Below, piece after piece: positions 46,433 to 56,666 of a stretch of DNA of 64,000 nucleotides. The stretch spans positions 645,927-709,926 of the forward strand of contig JBBPIQ010000001.1 in the NCBI GenBank assembly GCA_038040345.1, given 5' to 3'. The notes beneath the pieces were generated by a model. The model saw nothing but the letters and a program-made list of their open reading frames with translations. It searched no databases and was not told where the DNA came from. The position numbers and the translations under genes were made by a program. The stretch is from Chloroflexota bacterium (GTDB lineage: Bacteria > Chloroflexota > Limnocylindria > P2-11E). The stretch's first letter is position 1; each line of letters opens with the position of its first letter.

Positions 46433-47329
46433 ATGACCGAAAAGAAGCAGCAGCCGGCCCTGTACGGCGGTCAGGCCGTGATCGAAGGCGTCATGATCCG
46501 CGGCCGTCGCACGGTCGCGCTCGCGTGCCGGAAGCCGAACGGCGAGATCTACCGCTACCGCGAGCCGCTGCGCTCCCCTTTGGTCCGATCGCGCATCGCG
46601 CGGCTTCCGTTCGTGCGCGGCGTCGTCGTGCTCTGGGAGTCTCTCGACTACGGCATCCGCATGCTGATGCGCTCGGCCGACGTTCAGCTCGAGCACGAAG
46701 AGCAGCTCGGCAAGGGCGGGAACACGCTGATCATGGGCGTGGCCCTCGTGGGCGCGCTCCTTCTTTTCATCGGCGTCCCGTATCTCGCCACGAGCCTCGC
46801 GCGCGCCGTGATCCCGAGCTCGGTCGTCCTCAACGTGACCGAGGGGCTGATCCGGCTTGCGCTGCTTATCGGCTACCTCATCGCGATCTCGTTCCTGCCC
46901 GACGTGCGCCGCGTGTTCGCGTATCACGGCGCCGAGCACATGACGATCCACGCGTTCGAGCACGGCGACCCGCTCACGCCGGCGCGCATCGAGCCCTATC
47001 CGACTGCGCACCCGCGATGCGGCACAGCGTTCCTGCTGCTCGTGGTTGTCGTGTCGATCGTGATCTTCGCGTTCCTGCCGCGTGTGAACCTGTTGGTCGA
47101 TCTCATCGTCCGCCTCGCGCTGGTCATCCCCGTCGCATCGATCTCGTACGAGGCGCTTCGGCTCGGCGCGGCGCACGAGCGATCGCCCGTCATGCGCCTG
47201 TTGGTCGCGCCCGGTCTTCTGCTTCAGCGCGTGACCACACGGCGCCCCGACGCGCGGATGATCGAGGTCGCGATCGCGTCGCTCGAGGAAGCGATCGCCG
47301 GCGACCGCGAAGCGGAGGCCGCGGCATGA
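46433..47329 (+). CDS. DUF1385-domain membrane protein (YqhQ-like)
   Basis: Motifs YGGQAVIEGVMIRG and AYHGAEHM. Conserved genomic partner of prfA. Confidence 0.8.
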   Translation: MTEKKQQPALYGGQAVIEGVMIRGRRTVALACRKPNGEIYRYREPLRSPLVRSRIARLPFVRGVVVLWESLDYGIRMLMRSADVQLEHEEQLGKGGNTLIMGVALVGALLLFIGVPYLATSLARAVIPSSVVLNVTEGLIRLALLIGYLIAISFLPDVRRVFAYHGAEHMTIHAFEHGDPLTPARIEPYPTAHPRCGTAFLLLVVVVSIVIFAFLPRVNLLVDLIVRLALVIPVASISYEALRLGAAHERSPVMRLLVAPGLLLQRVTTRRPDARMIEVAIASLEEAIAGDREAEAAA

Positions 47330-48426
47330 CCGACGTGCTCACGCCTGGACTGCGCCGCCGGCTCGAGGGAGTCGAGGGCCGCTACGAGGAGCTCGAACGC
47401 GCGGTCAGCGCGCCCGAGACCACCTCCGATCGCAACCGCATCCGCGAGGTCGGACAGGAGCTCTCGTCGCTCGCCCCGATCGTGGAGACGATCCGCTCGC
47501 TCCGCGACGTCGAAAAGCGGCTCGGCGAGGCGCAGCAGCTCTCGGAAGGCGACGACGCCGACATGCGTGACCTCGCGCTGCAGGAGGTCACCGACCTCAC
47601 GGCCAAGGCGGGTGAGCTCACGACACGCCTTCGCGCGCAGCTTGTGCCGCGCGACCCGCTCGACGAGAAGAACGTGATCGTGGAGATACGCGCCGGGGAG
47701 GGTGGGGAAGAGGCGGCCCTGTTTGCCGGCGATCTCTACCAGATGTACCTCCGCTACGCCGAGCGGCATCGTTGGAGCACTGAGGAGCTATCCGCCAGCC
47801 GATCAGACAAGGGCGGCTTCAAAGAGGTCATCTTCAAGGTTGTCGGCCGAGGCGCGTACTCGAAACTGAAGTTCGAGTCTGGCGTCCATCGCGTTCAGCG
47901 CGTCCCCAAAACCGAGGCCCAGGGTCGCATCCACACGTCGACCGCGACCGTCGCTGTCCTCCCCGAAGCCGAAGAGACCGACCTCGTCATAAACGACGAC
48001 GATCTGAAGATCGACGTCTACCGCGCCGGCGGCAAAGGCGGCCAGGGCGTGAACACGACGGACTCCGCCGTTCGCATCACGCATCTCCCCACCGGCGAGG
48101 TGGTCACCTGCCAGGACGAGCGAAGCCAGCTGAAGAACAAGGCGAAGGCGATGGACGTGCTTCGCTCGCGGCTTCTCGCACGCGCCGCCGAGGAACGCAA
48201 CGCTCGCGAGTCGCTGGCGCGCAATGCGCAGATCGGCCACGGCGAGCGCTCCGAGAAGATGCGCACGTACAACTTCCCGCAGGACCGCCTGACCGATCGG
48301 CGCCTCGGCCACAACCTCTCGAACCTGGATCGCCGCATGGACGGCGACATCGACGATCTCGTCGAAGCCCTGTCGGAGGAGGACGAGGCCGACCGCCTGT
48401 CCCGACTCGAAGAGGACGGCGACTGA
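47326..48426 (+). CDS. prfA: peptide chain release factor 1
   Basis: GGQ motif (RAGGKGGQGVNTTDSAVRITHLPTG) and RF1-type domain 2. ATGA overlap with the DUF1385 gene. Confidence 0.9.
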   Translation: MTDVLTPGLRRRLEGVEGRYEELERAVSAPETTSDRNRIREVGQELSSLAPIVETIRSLRDVEKRLGEAQQLSEGDDADMRDLALQEVTDLTAKAGELTTRLRAQLVPRDPLDEKNVIVEIRAGEGGEEAALFAGDLYQMYLRYAERHRWSTEELSASRSDKGGFKEVIFKVVGRGAYSKLKFESGVHRVQRVPKTEAQGRIHTSTATVAVLPEAEETDLVINDDDLKIDVYRAGGKGGQGVNTTDSAVRITHLPTGEVVTCQDERSQLKNKAKAMDVLRSRLLARAAEERNARESLARNAQIGHGERSEKMRTYNFPQDRLTDRRLGHNLSNLDRRMDGDIDDLVEALSEEDEADRLSRLEEDGD

Positions 48427-49775
48427 CCGATCTGGTCATACGCGGCGGCACGCTCGTCACGCCGGAGGGCGAGCGCCGCGCGGACATCGCGATCGATGGC
48501 GAGCGCATCGGCGCGATCGGCGACGTGGGTCCAGCCTCACGCGAGATCGACGCGCGCGGCAAGCTCGTGCTCCCGGGATGCGTCGACCTGCACACGCATC
48601 TTGCGTCCACGCCGACGTTCACACCACTCGACGATTTCGAGCACGGCACGCGCGCGGCGATCGCCGGCGGCGTCACGACCGTTGTCTCGATGGTCTACCA
48701 GGAGGACGGCTCTCTTCGTCGCGGCGTCGAGCGCGCGATGCGCGACGCGGAGCGCTCGCTCGCAGACTTCGCCTTTCACGTTGTCGTGACCGACCCGAGC
48801 GACGCAGCGCTTGCGGAAGTCCCCGGCCTCGTGCGCGACGGTCATGCCGGGCTCAAGGTCTTCATGGTCACGCCGCGGTTCGTCGAGCGTCGCGACGATT
48901 ACCGCCTCCTCCTGCGAGCGGCGGCTGAGGCGGGCGCGGTCGTCGCGATCCACGCGGAGGACCACGAGATCGTGGCGGCCCGAACCGCGGAGCTGCGCGC
49001 GTCCGGCCGAAACGGCGTCGAGCACTTCCCGGAGAGTCGCCCGGTCGAGGCCGAGGTGAAGGCCGTCGCCGAGGCGATCGACCTCGCGGCAGCGACGAAG
49101 GCGGCGATCTATCTCGTCCATCTCAGCTCGCGCGCCGCACTGGATGCGATGCGCGTGGGCAAGCGACGCGCGCGCGTGTTCGGCGAGACGCGCCCGCTCT
49201 ACCTCTATCTCACGCGCGCCCAATTCGATCGTCCGGACGCCGCCCTGTGGGTCGGACAACCGCCGCTCCGCGAGGCGGACGACGTCGACGCGGTTTGGTC
49301 CGCGCTCGCTGATGGGACGCTCGACACCGTGGGCACCGATCACATCCCCCACACGCGCGCCGCGAAGCTCGCACCCGGCCTCACGTTCGATCGCATCCCG
49401 CCCGGCGTTTCGAACCTGGAGACGCTTCTGCCGATGCTCTATTCGGAGGGCGTGCGCAAAGGTCGTCTCACGCTCGCGCGGCTCGTCGAGGTCCTCGCGA
49501 CCGCGCCGGCGCGCATCGCCGGGATGTATCCGCGGAAGGGCGTGATCGCGGTGGGATCCGACGCGGATCTCGTGGTATTTGATCCGGACGCGCATCGCAC
49601 GATCCGCGCGGCCGACCTGCATTCGGCTTGCGATTACGACCCATATGAAGGCTGGGAGGTCACCGGCTGGCCCGAGGCCGTGATCTCGCGCGGGGAGATC
49701 GTCTTCGAGCGTGGCGACATGCGCGCGAAGTCCGGTCGTGGCCGGCGCGTGCCGCGGTCGGCCATGAAGTGGTAG
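48423..49775 (+). CDS. cyclic amidohydrolase (dihydropyrimidinase / D-hydantoinase / dihydroorotase-like), probably starting at a CTG
   Basis: Metal-binding motif DLHTHL. The conserved N-terminal beta-sandwich TDLVIRGGTLVTPEG...DIAIDGERIGAIG is encoded from 48423, whereas the first ATG (48525) would cut it off. No ATG/GTG/TTG is in-frame for at least 120 nt upstream. CTG 48423 overlaps the prfA stop TGA at 48424-48426. Confidence 0.7.
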   Translation: MTDLVIRGGTLVTPEGERRADIAIDGERIGAIGDVGPASREIDARGKLVLPGCVDLHTHLASTPTFTPLDDFEHGTRAAIAGGVTTVVSMVYQEDGSLRRGVERAMRDAERSLADFAFHVVVTDPSDAALAEVPGLVRDGHAGLKVFMVTPRFVERRDDYRLLLRAAAEAGAVVAIHAEDHEIVAARTAELRASGRNGVEHFPESRPVEAEVKAVAEAIDLAAATKAAIYLVHLSSRAALDAMRVGKRRARVFGETRPLYLYLTRAQFDRPDAALWVGQPPLREADDVDAVWSALADGTLDTVGTDHIPHTRAAKLAPGLTFDRIPPGVSNLETLLPMLYSEGVRKGRLTLARLVEVLATAPARIAGMYPRKGVIAVGSDADLVVFDPDAHRTIRAADLHSACDYDPYEGWEVTGWPEAVISRGEIVFERGDMRAKSGRGRRVPRSAMKW

Positions 49776-49784
49776 AAGAAGGAC

Positions 49785-50252
49785 GTGGGAAAGCTCAGGT
49801 ACGACGAAGACAAGGCGTTCTTCCTGGCCGACGATGCCTCGACGATCGCGCGGATCGTTCGGACGGTCCCGGCGGACCGCCTGCGGGCCACGAAGTTCGA
49901 CGAATGGACCGCCGTCGAGATCATCGGCCACGTGGCCGACGCGGCCGAGATCTTCGCCGACCGAGTGCAGCGGTGCATCGACGAGGAGCGGCCCGCGGTC
50001 GCGTCATACGACCAGGACGCGATCGCCGCGGAGCGCCGGAACAACGAGCGCGACCCGATGGAGCTTTCGCGGCGGCTCTCCGCCGCCCATTCGCGCATCG
50101 TGCAGCTCCTCCAACGGCCCGGCGCCGCCGCGCGGCCCGGTACGCACAGCGACTGGGGCGAGGTCGACGCCGGCCATTTCGCCGCCTATCAGGCCGACCA
50201 TTCCCATGGGCATACAGGCGAGCTGGCGAGGGCTTTCCCGCCTTCCTTCTGA
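49785..50252 (+). CDS. DinB-family / mycothiol-maleylpyruvate-isomerase N-terminal-domain-like protein
   Basis: GTG start with ribosome-binding site gaagga upstream. Conserved His (EIIGHV) and the four-helix-bundle pattern of the family. Confidence 0.6.
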   Translation: MGKLRYDEDKAFFLADDASTIARIVRTVPADRLRATKFDEWTAVEIIGHVADAAEIFADRVQRCIDEERPAVASYDQDAIAAERRNNERDPMELSRRLSAAHSRIVQLLQRPGAAARPGTHSDWGEVDAGHFAAYQADHSHGHTGELARAFPPSF

Positions 50253-50296
50253 CGCCCGCGCAAGAACTTAACTCCTAGTCATGGCGTAATACATGT

Positions 50297-51808
50297 GTGC
50301 CGACCCTGCGGGAGCAGGCGCTTGCGCCTCTCTCGCGCGCCGACGCGGAACGGCTCCTTCCTTTGCTTTCGAGCGGACGTCAGACGCTCGAGCGCCGGGT
50401 CTTGCGTGCGCGGTGTCTCAAATACTTCGAGTCGTTCGATCTCGCGTGGGCCGAGCTGAATGAAGTCCTCCCGCACGTCAAGGATCCCTTGCTCGAGGCC
50501 CGCGTCGCGGTCGACCTGCTACAGCTTTCCTATTACCTCGTCCGCCGCGAGGAGACCCCGAAGCTCGCGAAGATCGCCGAGAAGCACGCCGCCGGCGACC
50601 TGCTGATGCTCGCCGAGTTCTATCTCGGCAACTCCACCGTCCTCACGGCGCAGAACGAGATCACCAACGCGTTGCAGAGCGCGCGACGCGCCGAGGACGC
50701 GCTCCTCACCGCGCCGAAGGGACGATCGCGCGACCTGGTCGTCACGCGCGTGCAGCGCCAGCTCGCCCATCTTCTCTCGCACTCGGGCGACTACGTGGAT
50801 GCGACCGCCGCGGCGGAGGCGACCGTGCGCCACGCGGCGCGCGTCGGCGATCCGTGGGAAGCGGCGTGGGCCGTCTACACGACGGGCTTCGTCGATTGGG
50901 CGGCGGGCCGCATCGATCAGGCGGTCGACCAGTTCACAAAGGCCGAGGCGAGCCTCCGCACATACGGATCGTCGGTCTGGCGCTACACGTGCCTCTGCCT
51001 CGCCCGCGCGCGAATGGAGCGCGGCGAGATCGCCGACGGCGACCGTCTCGCAAGGCAGAGCGCGACCGGCGCGGCGGAGGATCACGCGCACCTCGCGCTG
51101 CTGCGTGGTGAGACCGACGTGGCGGATCGCATCCTGACGCGAGCGCCCACCGGCTTTCCGGAGGACGAGCAATTCCGCAACAACGTTCGCGCGATCGTGC
51201 GCGCTGAGAAGGGCGACCCGCGCGGCGGCGTGCGCATGCTCGACGAGGCGGCGAAGGAATACGAGGCGCGCGGAATGGCGCACTGGGCCCTCGGTGCCTC
51301 GGTGCATGCCGCGTACTGGCGCGAGTCGTTGGTGCGCGGCGGCGGCGCCTCGCGCGCCGCGGGCCTGGTGCGTGACATCGGGGCGCGTGGCGGCGAGGGA
51401 TTCGCGTATTACCTGCCGGAGGTCGCGTCGTGGCTCGGGCGCGCGGCCGAGCGGGATCCCGCGGCGCGGGAGCTCGCGCGAAAGATCAGCGCGCATGCCG
51501 ACGCGGCATTGCGGCGTGCGAAGTCCGACAGCGCGGCACCCGTGGGCGCGTCGGCGCTCGACGAGGCGACGTTCTACCTCCGGACGGTCGGGCTCACCTG
51601 GCGCGAGCTCGGCATCCTCCGCGAGATGGAGCTGCTGTCGCGCGAAGGGAAGCGCCTCGATCGCGCATCGCTCGCGGATCGGCTCGGCGTCTCACCGAAC
51701 ACGCTGCGCGTTCATCTCACTCGGATCCGCGCGAAGCTCGACGTTGGCGACAAGCGCGGCGACGAAGTGCTGCTCTCGGCCGCCCTCACGCAGCGGCCGG
51801 TCGCCTAG
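50297..51808 (+). CDS. LuxR-family transcriptional regulator with an N-terminal TPR-like helical domain
   Basis: C-terminal LuxR-type HTH (LTWRELGILREMELLSREGKRLDRASLADRLGVSPNTLRVHLTRIRAKL). Confidence 0.75.
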   Translation: MPTLREQALAPLSRADAERLLPLLSSGRQTLERRVLRARCLKYFESFDLAWAELNEVLPHVKDPLLEARVAVDLLQLSYYLVRREETPKLAKIAEKHAAGDLLMLAEFYLGNSTVLTAQNEITNALQSARRAEDALLTAPKGRSRDLVVTRVQRQLAHLLSHSGDYVDATAAAEATVRHAARVGDPWEAAWAVYTTGFVDWAAGRIDQAVDQFTKAEASLRTYGSSVWRYTCLCLARARMERGEIADGDRLARQSATGAAEDHAHLALLRGETDVADRILTRAPTGFPEDEQFRNNVRAIVRAEKGDPRGGVRMLDEAAKEYEARGMAHWALGASVHAAYWRESLVRGGGASRAAGLVRDIGARGGEGFAYYLPEVASWLGRAAERDPAARELARKISAHADAALRRAKSDSAAPVGASALDEATFYLRTVGLTWRELGILREMELLSREGKRLDRASLADRLGVSPNTLRVHLTRIRAKLDVGDKRGDEVLLSAALTQRPVA

Positions 51809-51868
51809 TCCAGCGTCACGGCCTCACGCGACGTCGGGACTGCATGCGCGGCTATTCTGGCCGCTTCC

Positions 51869-52408
51869 ATGTTCGGACCGTTGCTCCAAGGCGAGAAGGT
51901 CACGCTTCGCCCCGCGCGTGAAAACGATGCGGAGCATTTCGTGCGCTGGTTCGCAGACATGGAGGTCACGCGCTTTCTGGCGACGCGCATGGCGATCACG
52001 CTCCAGCAGGAGCAGGAGTTCCTGAAGAAGATCGGCGAATCGAAGGACGACGTCTGGTGGGTCATCGAAGCGGAAGGCAAGGCGATCGGCGCGACCGGGA
52101 TCCACGGCATCAACTGGCTTGACGCGAACGGGACCACGGGGATCGTGATCGGCGACAAAGCGTCGTGGGGCAAGGGCTATGCGACCGAGGCGATGGAGCT
52201 TCGCACCCGCTACGCGTTCCGCGAGCTCAACCTCCACAAGCTCATCACCGAGGTCGACATTGAAAACGAAGCAAGCAGAAAAGCGCTCGAACGCAACCAG
52301 TACCGGACCGTCGGCGTTCGACGCGAGCAGACCTTTCGCGAAGGAAAGTGGAAGGACCGTTGGCTCGGCGAGATCCTTCGCGACGATTGGGAGAAAAGGC
52401 AGGCCTGA
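51869..52408 (+). CDS. GNAT-family N-acetyltransferase (RimJ/RimL-like)
   Basis: Acetyl-CoA-binding motifs IGDKASWGKGYATEAM. Confidence 0.8.
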   Translation: MFGPLLQGEKVTLRPARENDAEHFVRWFADMEVTRFLATRMAITLQQEQEFLKKIGESKDDVWWVIEAEGKAIGATGIHGINWLDANGTTGIVIGDKASWGKGYATEAMELRTRYAFRELNLHKLITEVDIENEASRKALERNQYRTVGVRREQTFREGKWKDRWLGEILRDDWEKRQA

Positions 52409-52471
52409 TACCCGCCTGCGACCTTTCAAACGAGCGGTGCACTGATAGCCTCCCCCTGCGGAAGGGGCGCG

Positions 52472-53920
52472 TTGAAGAAAGTATTTGTCGTTCTTCTCTT
52501 GATCGTTGCGGGAGTAGCGGCGTTCCTCTATTTCCCTCGCGGCGGTGCCAACACATCCGCACAGAACGCGGCGACCCTCGCGATCCTCAACACCGCGATC
52601 GAAGGCGCGCGCGCCGGCGCCGCGTTCGCACCCGCGCTCGATGGTGAGATCTACGCGACGGGGGACCTCGTCCGCGCGAACGTCGACGGACGCGCGGTCC
52701 TCACGTTCTTCGACGGATCCTCGCTCTCGGTCGATCCAGGCTCGCAGGTGAAAGTCGTCGCTTTGAATCGTGTGTCGACCGACGGCATCCAGGTGACCAT
52801 CGAGCAGTCGCTCGGGCGGTCCTGGCAGTCGGTGCAGAAACTGAAGACGCCTGACTCGCGCTACGAAGTGCGGACTCCAAGCACGAGCGCGGTCGTCCGC
52901 GGCACCGGGTTCCTCACCTTCGTTCAGCAGCTCACGACGGGCGGGACCCAGACGACCTATCAGGTCGACGAAGGCACGCTGCAGGTGAACGCGACGGCGG
53001 GCGGCACCGTGAGCGTGCCGGCCGGGACGCAGGTCACCATCGCCGAGGGTGCGCAGGCTCCCGCGAGCGCGACGCCGATCCCCCCGTCGCCGCGCCTTGA
53101 GATCACGAGCATCGGCGGGCTCGGCTTCCTCGTCGTCGCGCCGACCGGTCAGGCGTGCGGGCCAACGGGCAACAAGGCCGAGATCTTCGGCTGCGTGGTG
53201 AGCGCCGACAAGGTCACCATCCGCGAGCCCGCGGCGGGCCGGTGGGGACTCTTCATGACCTCCACGGGCGCGGTGCCGCTCGGGACGCTCAGCGTCGACG
53301 GGTTCATTGGCACGACGCGGAACGCCGGGCGCACGTCAGGCCGACCCTACGCCGCCGGCGACATGGTCCGGACCGGCCTGACCTTTACGCCTGGTCCGCC
53401 GCTCGCGCTCACCGCGTTCGAGCCGCCGACGCTCGTCACGAGCGTGTGCGCCGCCGCGGCAGCGGGCCGCGTGTTCGCAACCGGTCCGGTCGACGGCCGC
53501 GCCGACTCGATCAGGACGTTCGCCCGCGACAACAAGGCGACCCCGGTCTCGCTCGTGTTCACCGAGGCGGAGCTGAACGATGCCGTGAACAAGAACGCGC
53601 CGTCCCCGACGCAGGGCGTGACGCTCAGCGACGCGAAGATCACGATCGACGCGGGAGGCATTCACGGGACCGCGAAGGCCGCGACCCAGTTCATCACAGT
53701 CAACGCGAGCGCGGACGTCGTGGGCGGGCCGGTCGGCGACAAGTTCACGCTCAAGGTGTCGCGCCTTGCGGCCGACCCACTGCCGCCGGGCCTCATCGAC
53801 GCGATGAAAGGCCTGGTCGATTCGAGCACCGCGGACATCTCGGGAACGGTCCCGTTCCTCGTGAAACAGGTCGCGTTCCGTAACGGCTGCTTCTGGGTCA
53901 GCGGGGTGACGCCGAACTAG
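52472..53920 (+). CDS. secreted or membrane-anchored FecR-domain-like protein
   Basis: TTG start with ribosome-binding site ggaagggg upstream. N-terminal TM/signal segment, then a FecR-like beta region (GDLVRANVDGRAVLTFFDGSSLSVDPGSQVKVV), and a long beta-rich C-terminus. Confidence 0.55.
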   Translation: MKKVFVVLLLIVAGVAAFLYFPRGGANTSAQNAATLAILNTAIEGARAGAAFAPALDGEIYATGDLVRANVDGRAVLTFFDGSSLSVDPGSQVKVVALNRVSTDGIQVTIEQSLGRSWQSVQKLKTPDSRYEVRTPSTSAVVRGTGFLTFVQQLTTGGTQTTYQVDEGTLQVNATAGGTVSVPAGTQVTIAEGAQAPASATPIPPSPRLEITSIGGLGFLVVAPTGQACGPTGNKAEIFGCVVSADKVTIREPAAGRWGLFMTSTGAVPLGTLSVDGFIGTTRNAGRTSGRPYAAGDMVRTGLTFTPGPPLALTAFEPPTLVTSVCAAAAAGRVFATGPVDGRADSIRTFARDNKATPVSLVFTEAELNDAVNKNAPSPTQGVTLSDAKITIDAGGIHGTAKAATQFITVNASADVVGGPVGDKFTLKVSRLAADPLPPGLIDAMKGLVDSSTADISGTVPFLVKQVAFRNGCFWVSGVTPN

Positions 53921-53941
53921 ACGCGCGCGCACAATTCGGGC

Positions 53942-55288
53942 GTGCGGCCTGAGCTCGAGAAGCTGGTGCGGGAAGGGATGTCCCGCTATCACGTCCCCGG
54001 GGTCGCGATCGGACTTCTCCACGACGGCGACGAGGACATCGCCGCGTACGGAGTGACCAATCTCGAGCACCCGCTTCCGGTCGACGGCGACACGCTGTTC
54101 CAGATCGCGTCGATCACGAAGACGATCACGGCGACGGTCGTCATGCGCCTCGTCGAGCGCGGCGCGCTCGATCTGGACGCGCCGATCCGCCGCTACCTCC
54201 CGGAGTTCAAGCTGCGCGACGACGACGCCGCGAAACGCGCGACGCTCCGGCACCTCGTCACCCACACCGGCGGGTGGCTCGGCGACTGCTTCGCCGACTT
54301 CGGCAAGGGGGACGACGCGCTCGCACGCTACGTCGCGGCGATGGCCGAGCTCGAGCAGCTGACTCCGATCGGCGAGATCTGGCATTACTCGAACTCGAGC
54401 TTCGCGGTCCTCGGCCGGCTCATCGAGGTCGTCACCGGGAAGACGTACGAAGCCGCGGTGCGCGAGCTTCTCTTTATCCCGCTCGGCATGGCGAAGAGCT
54501 GCTTCAACGCGGACGAGGCGATCACCCATCGGGTCGCCGCGGGGCATTCGATCGTCGACGAGCAGCCACGGGTCGTGCGCCCATATGCGTTCCCGCGCGC
54601 CACCACCCCGGTCGGCGGTGTGATCTCCAGCGTGCGCGACCTCCTGGCCTATGCGCGATTCCACCTCGGGGACGGGCGCACGCCGGACGGCGGCCGCCTC
54701 CTGTCGGTGGGGTCGCTCGAGCTCATGCGCACGCGCCTCGCGCCGGCTGACAACGACCGCGGGGTCGGCGTCGCGTGGTTCCTGCGCGAGGTCGGCGGCG
54801 TGACGCTCCAGTACCACGGCGGATCGGCGATCGGCCAGCAGGGCGTTCTGATGCTCGCGCCGGAGCGCGGCTTCGCGATCGCGGTGCAGACGAACTCGAC
54901 GCGCGGCGCTCTGCTGCATCAGTCGATCACCAAGTGGGCGCTCAAGACGTTCGTCGGTGTCGAGGAGCCGGCGCCGGAGCACGTCCGTATGACGAAGACG
55001 CGCCGCGACGAGCTCGTCGCCCGCTACACCGCCGCGCTTGACGACGTCGAGCTGCGCGCCGGGGGCGACGGCGTGCTGCTCTACCGGTCGATCTACCACA
55101 ACCTGCTCGGGATCAGTCCCGCGCCGACGGATCCTCCGCCGTCTCCGGTGGCGTTCACCGCTGACGATCGTTTCGTGTGCCTCGAAGGGCCCTTGAAGGA
55201 TGTCCGCGGCGAGGTCATCCGCGACGAGACCGGGGCGGTTCGCTGGCTACGCGCCGGCGGCCGCGTCCACCGGCGCGTCGACACCTAG
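53942..55288 (+). CDS. serine hydrolase (beta-lactamase / transpeptidase superfamily)
   Basis: SxxK motif (QIASITKTIT), YSN motif (HYSNSSF), and HGG/KTG-like (QYHGGSAIG). Confidence 0.8.
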   Translation: MRPELEKLVREGMSRYHVPGVAIGLLHDGDEDIAAYGVTNLEHPLPVDGDTLFQIASITKTITATVVMRLVERGALDLDAPIRRYLPEFKLRDDDAAKRATLRHLVTHTGGWLGDCFADFGKGDDALARYVAAMAELEQLTPIGEIWHYSNSSFAVLGRLIEVVTGKTYEAAVRELLFIPLGMAKSCFNADEAITHRVAAGHSIVDEQPRVVRPYAFPRATTPVGGVISSVRDLLAYARFHLGDGRTPDGGRLLSVGSLELMRTRLAPADNDRGVGVAWFLREVGGVTLQYHGGSAIGQQGVLMLAPERGFAIAVQTNSTRGALLHQSITKWALKTFVGVEEPAPEHVRMTKTRRDELVARYTAALDDVELRAGGDGVLLYRSIYHNLLGISPAPTDPPPSPVAFTADDRFVCLEGPLKDVRGEVIRDETGAVRWLRAGGRVHRRVDT

Positions 55289-55290
55289 CT

Positions 55291-56172
55291 TTGCGCCAGT
55301 ACCTCGACATCCTGCGGAAGGCGCTCGAGGAGGGCGACGACCGCGCCGATCGCACGGGCATCGGCACCCGTGCGGTGTTCGGCGAGATGATGCGCTTCGA
55401 TTTGTCCCGCGGATTCCCCGCGGTGACGACGAAGCGGCTCGCGTTCCGGTCCGTCGTGGCGGAGCTGCTCTGGTTCCTCGCGGGAAGCTCCGACGTGAAC
55501 GACCTGCACGCCCTGGGCGTGCACATCTGGGACGGCAACGCGTTCGCCGACTACTGGCAGAGCCGCGCGCGTTTTCCGGGCGATGCGGGCCGCAATTACG
55601 GACAGCAGTGGCGCGACTGGATCGCCCCCGACGGCCGGCACATCGACCAGCTGCGCGACACGATCAGGCTGATTCGCGAGCAGCCCGCGAGCCGGCGGAT
55701 GATCGTGAACGCCTGGAACCCTGGCGAGCTCGAGCAGACCTCGCTTCCGGCATGTCACGCGCTTTTCCAATTCTTCGTGGCCGACGGGAAGCTCTCGCTG
55801 ATGATGTACCAGCGCTCCTGCGATCTCGTGCTCGGCGTCCCGTTCAACATGGCCGAGTACGCGCTCCTGCTGCATCTCGTCGCTCGCGAGGTCGAGCTCG
55901 AGCCGCATGAGTTCGTGCACGTGCTCGCCGACGCGCACGTCTATCGCGATCACGTGGACGCGGCGCGCGAGCAGTTAGAACGCGAGCCGTATCCCGCACC
56001 GGCGCTGTGGCTCGATCCTGACCTCCGCGGTGTCGACGACGCGGTCGCGCGCTACCGCGAGATCGTCGCGCGCGCCAGGCGTGGCGAGGCGCCGGGTCCA
56101 CTGCTCGACGGGTTCGCGAAGCTTCAGAACTACCAGTACCACCCGCCGATCAAAGCGAAGATGGCGGTGTGA
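55291..56172 (+). CDS. thyA: thymidylate synthase
   Basis: Conserved N-terminus RQYLDILRKALEEGDDRADRTGIGTRAVFG and active-site motifs. In-frame TTG 55291 lies 3 nt after the upstream gene's stop; the track start 55177 overlaps that gene. Confidence 0.9.
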   Translation: MRQYLDILRKALEEGDDRADRTGIGTRAVFGEMMRFDLSRGFPAVTTKRLAFRSVVAELLWFLAGSSDVNDLHALGVHIWDGNAFADYWQSRARFPGDAGRNYGQQWRDWIAPDGRHIDQLRDTIRLIREQPASRRMIVNAWNPGELEQTSLPACHALFQFFVADGKLSLMMYQRSCDLVLGVPFNMAEYALLLHLVAREVELEPHEFVHVLADAHVYRDHVDAAREQLEREPYPAPALWLDPDLRGVDDAVARYREIVARARRGEAPGPLLDGFAKLQNYQYHPPIKAKMAV

Positions 56173-56666
56173 CCAGGCGCATCTCGTTCGTTGTCGCGTT
56201 CGACCGCAACAAGGTGATCGGCAGGGACGGCACTCTGCCTTGGCGGCTACCCGACGACATGAAGCACGTGCGTGAGATCACCACAGGCAAGCCTCTCATC
56301 ATGGGTCGCCGGACCTACGCTTCGATCGGCCGACCGCTGAAGGGACGCACGAGCATCGTCCTAACGCGCGACCCAACATTCAATCAGGAGGGCGTCCTTA
56401 CCGCGCAGACGCCGGACGAGGCGCTCACGCTCGCGGGCGATGTGCCCGAGGTGATCATCTTCGGCGGCGCTGAAGTGTTCCGCCACTACCTACCGATCGC
56501 GGACCGCATCTACCTGACGCAGGTCGATGCGGATGTCGGCGGCGATACGTACTTCGACTTCGGCGGCACCGACTGGCTGGTCGTCGAGAACACTCGGCAT
56601 GAGGCCGACGAGCGTCACCCCTATCCGTTCAACTTCCTCACGCTCGACCGCATCCGCAAGTCATGA
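56169..56666 (+). CDS. folA: dihydrofolate reductase
   Basis: Motifs ISFVVAFDRNKVIGRDGTLPWRLPDDMKHV and LIMGRRTY. GTGA overlap with thyA. Confidence 0.9.
   Translation: MTRRISFVVAFDRNKVIGRDGTLPWRLPDDMKHVREITTGKPLIMGRRTYASIGRPLKGRTSIVLTRDPTFNQEGVLTAQTPDEALTLAGDVPEVIIFGGAEVFRHYLPIADRIYLTQVDADVGGDTYFDFGGTDWLVVENTRHEADERHPYPFNFLTLDRIRKS

Noticed and set aside
46525-48426. 633-aa plus-strand ORF
   Set aside because: Its first half is an Arg-rich alternative frame of the DUF1385 gene. The real prfA starts at ATG 47326.
55177-55290. Upstream extension of thyA to the ATG at 55177
   Set aside because: It would overlap the serine hydrolase gene by 112 nt and add non-conserved sequence. In-frame TTG 55291 immediately precedes the conserved QYLDIL N-terminus.
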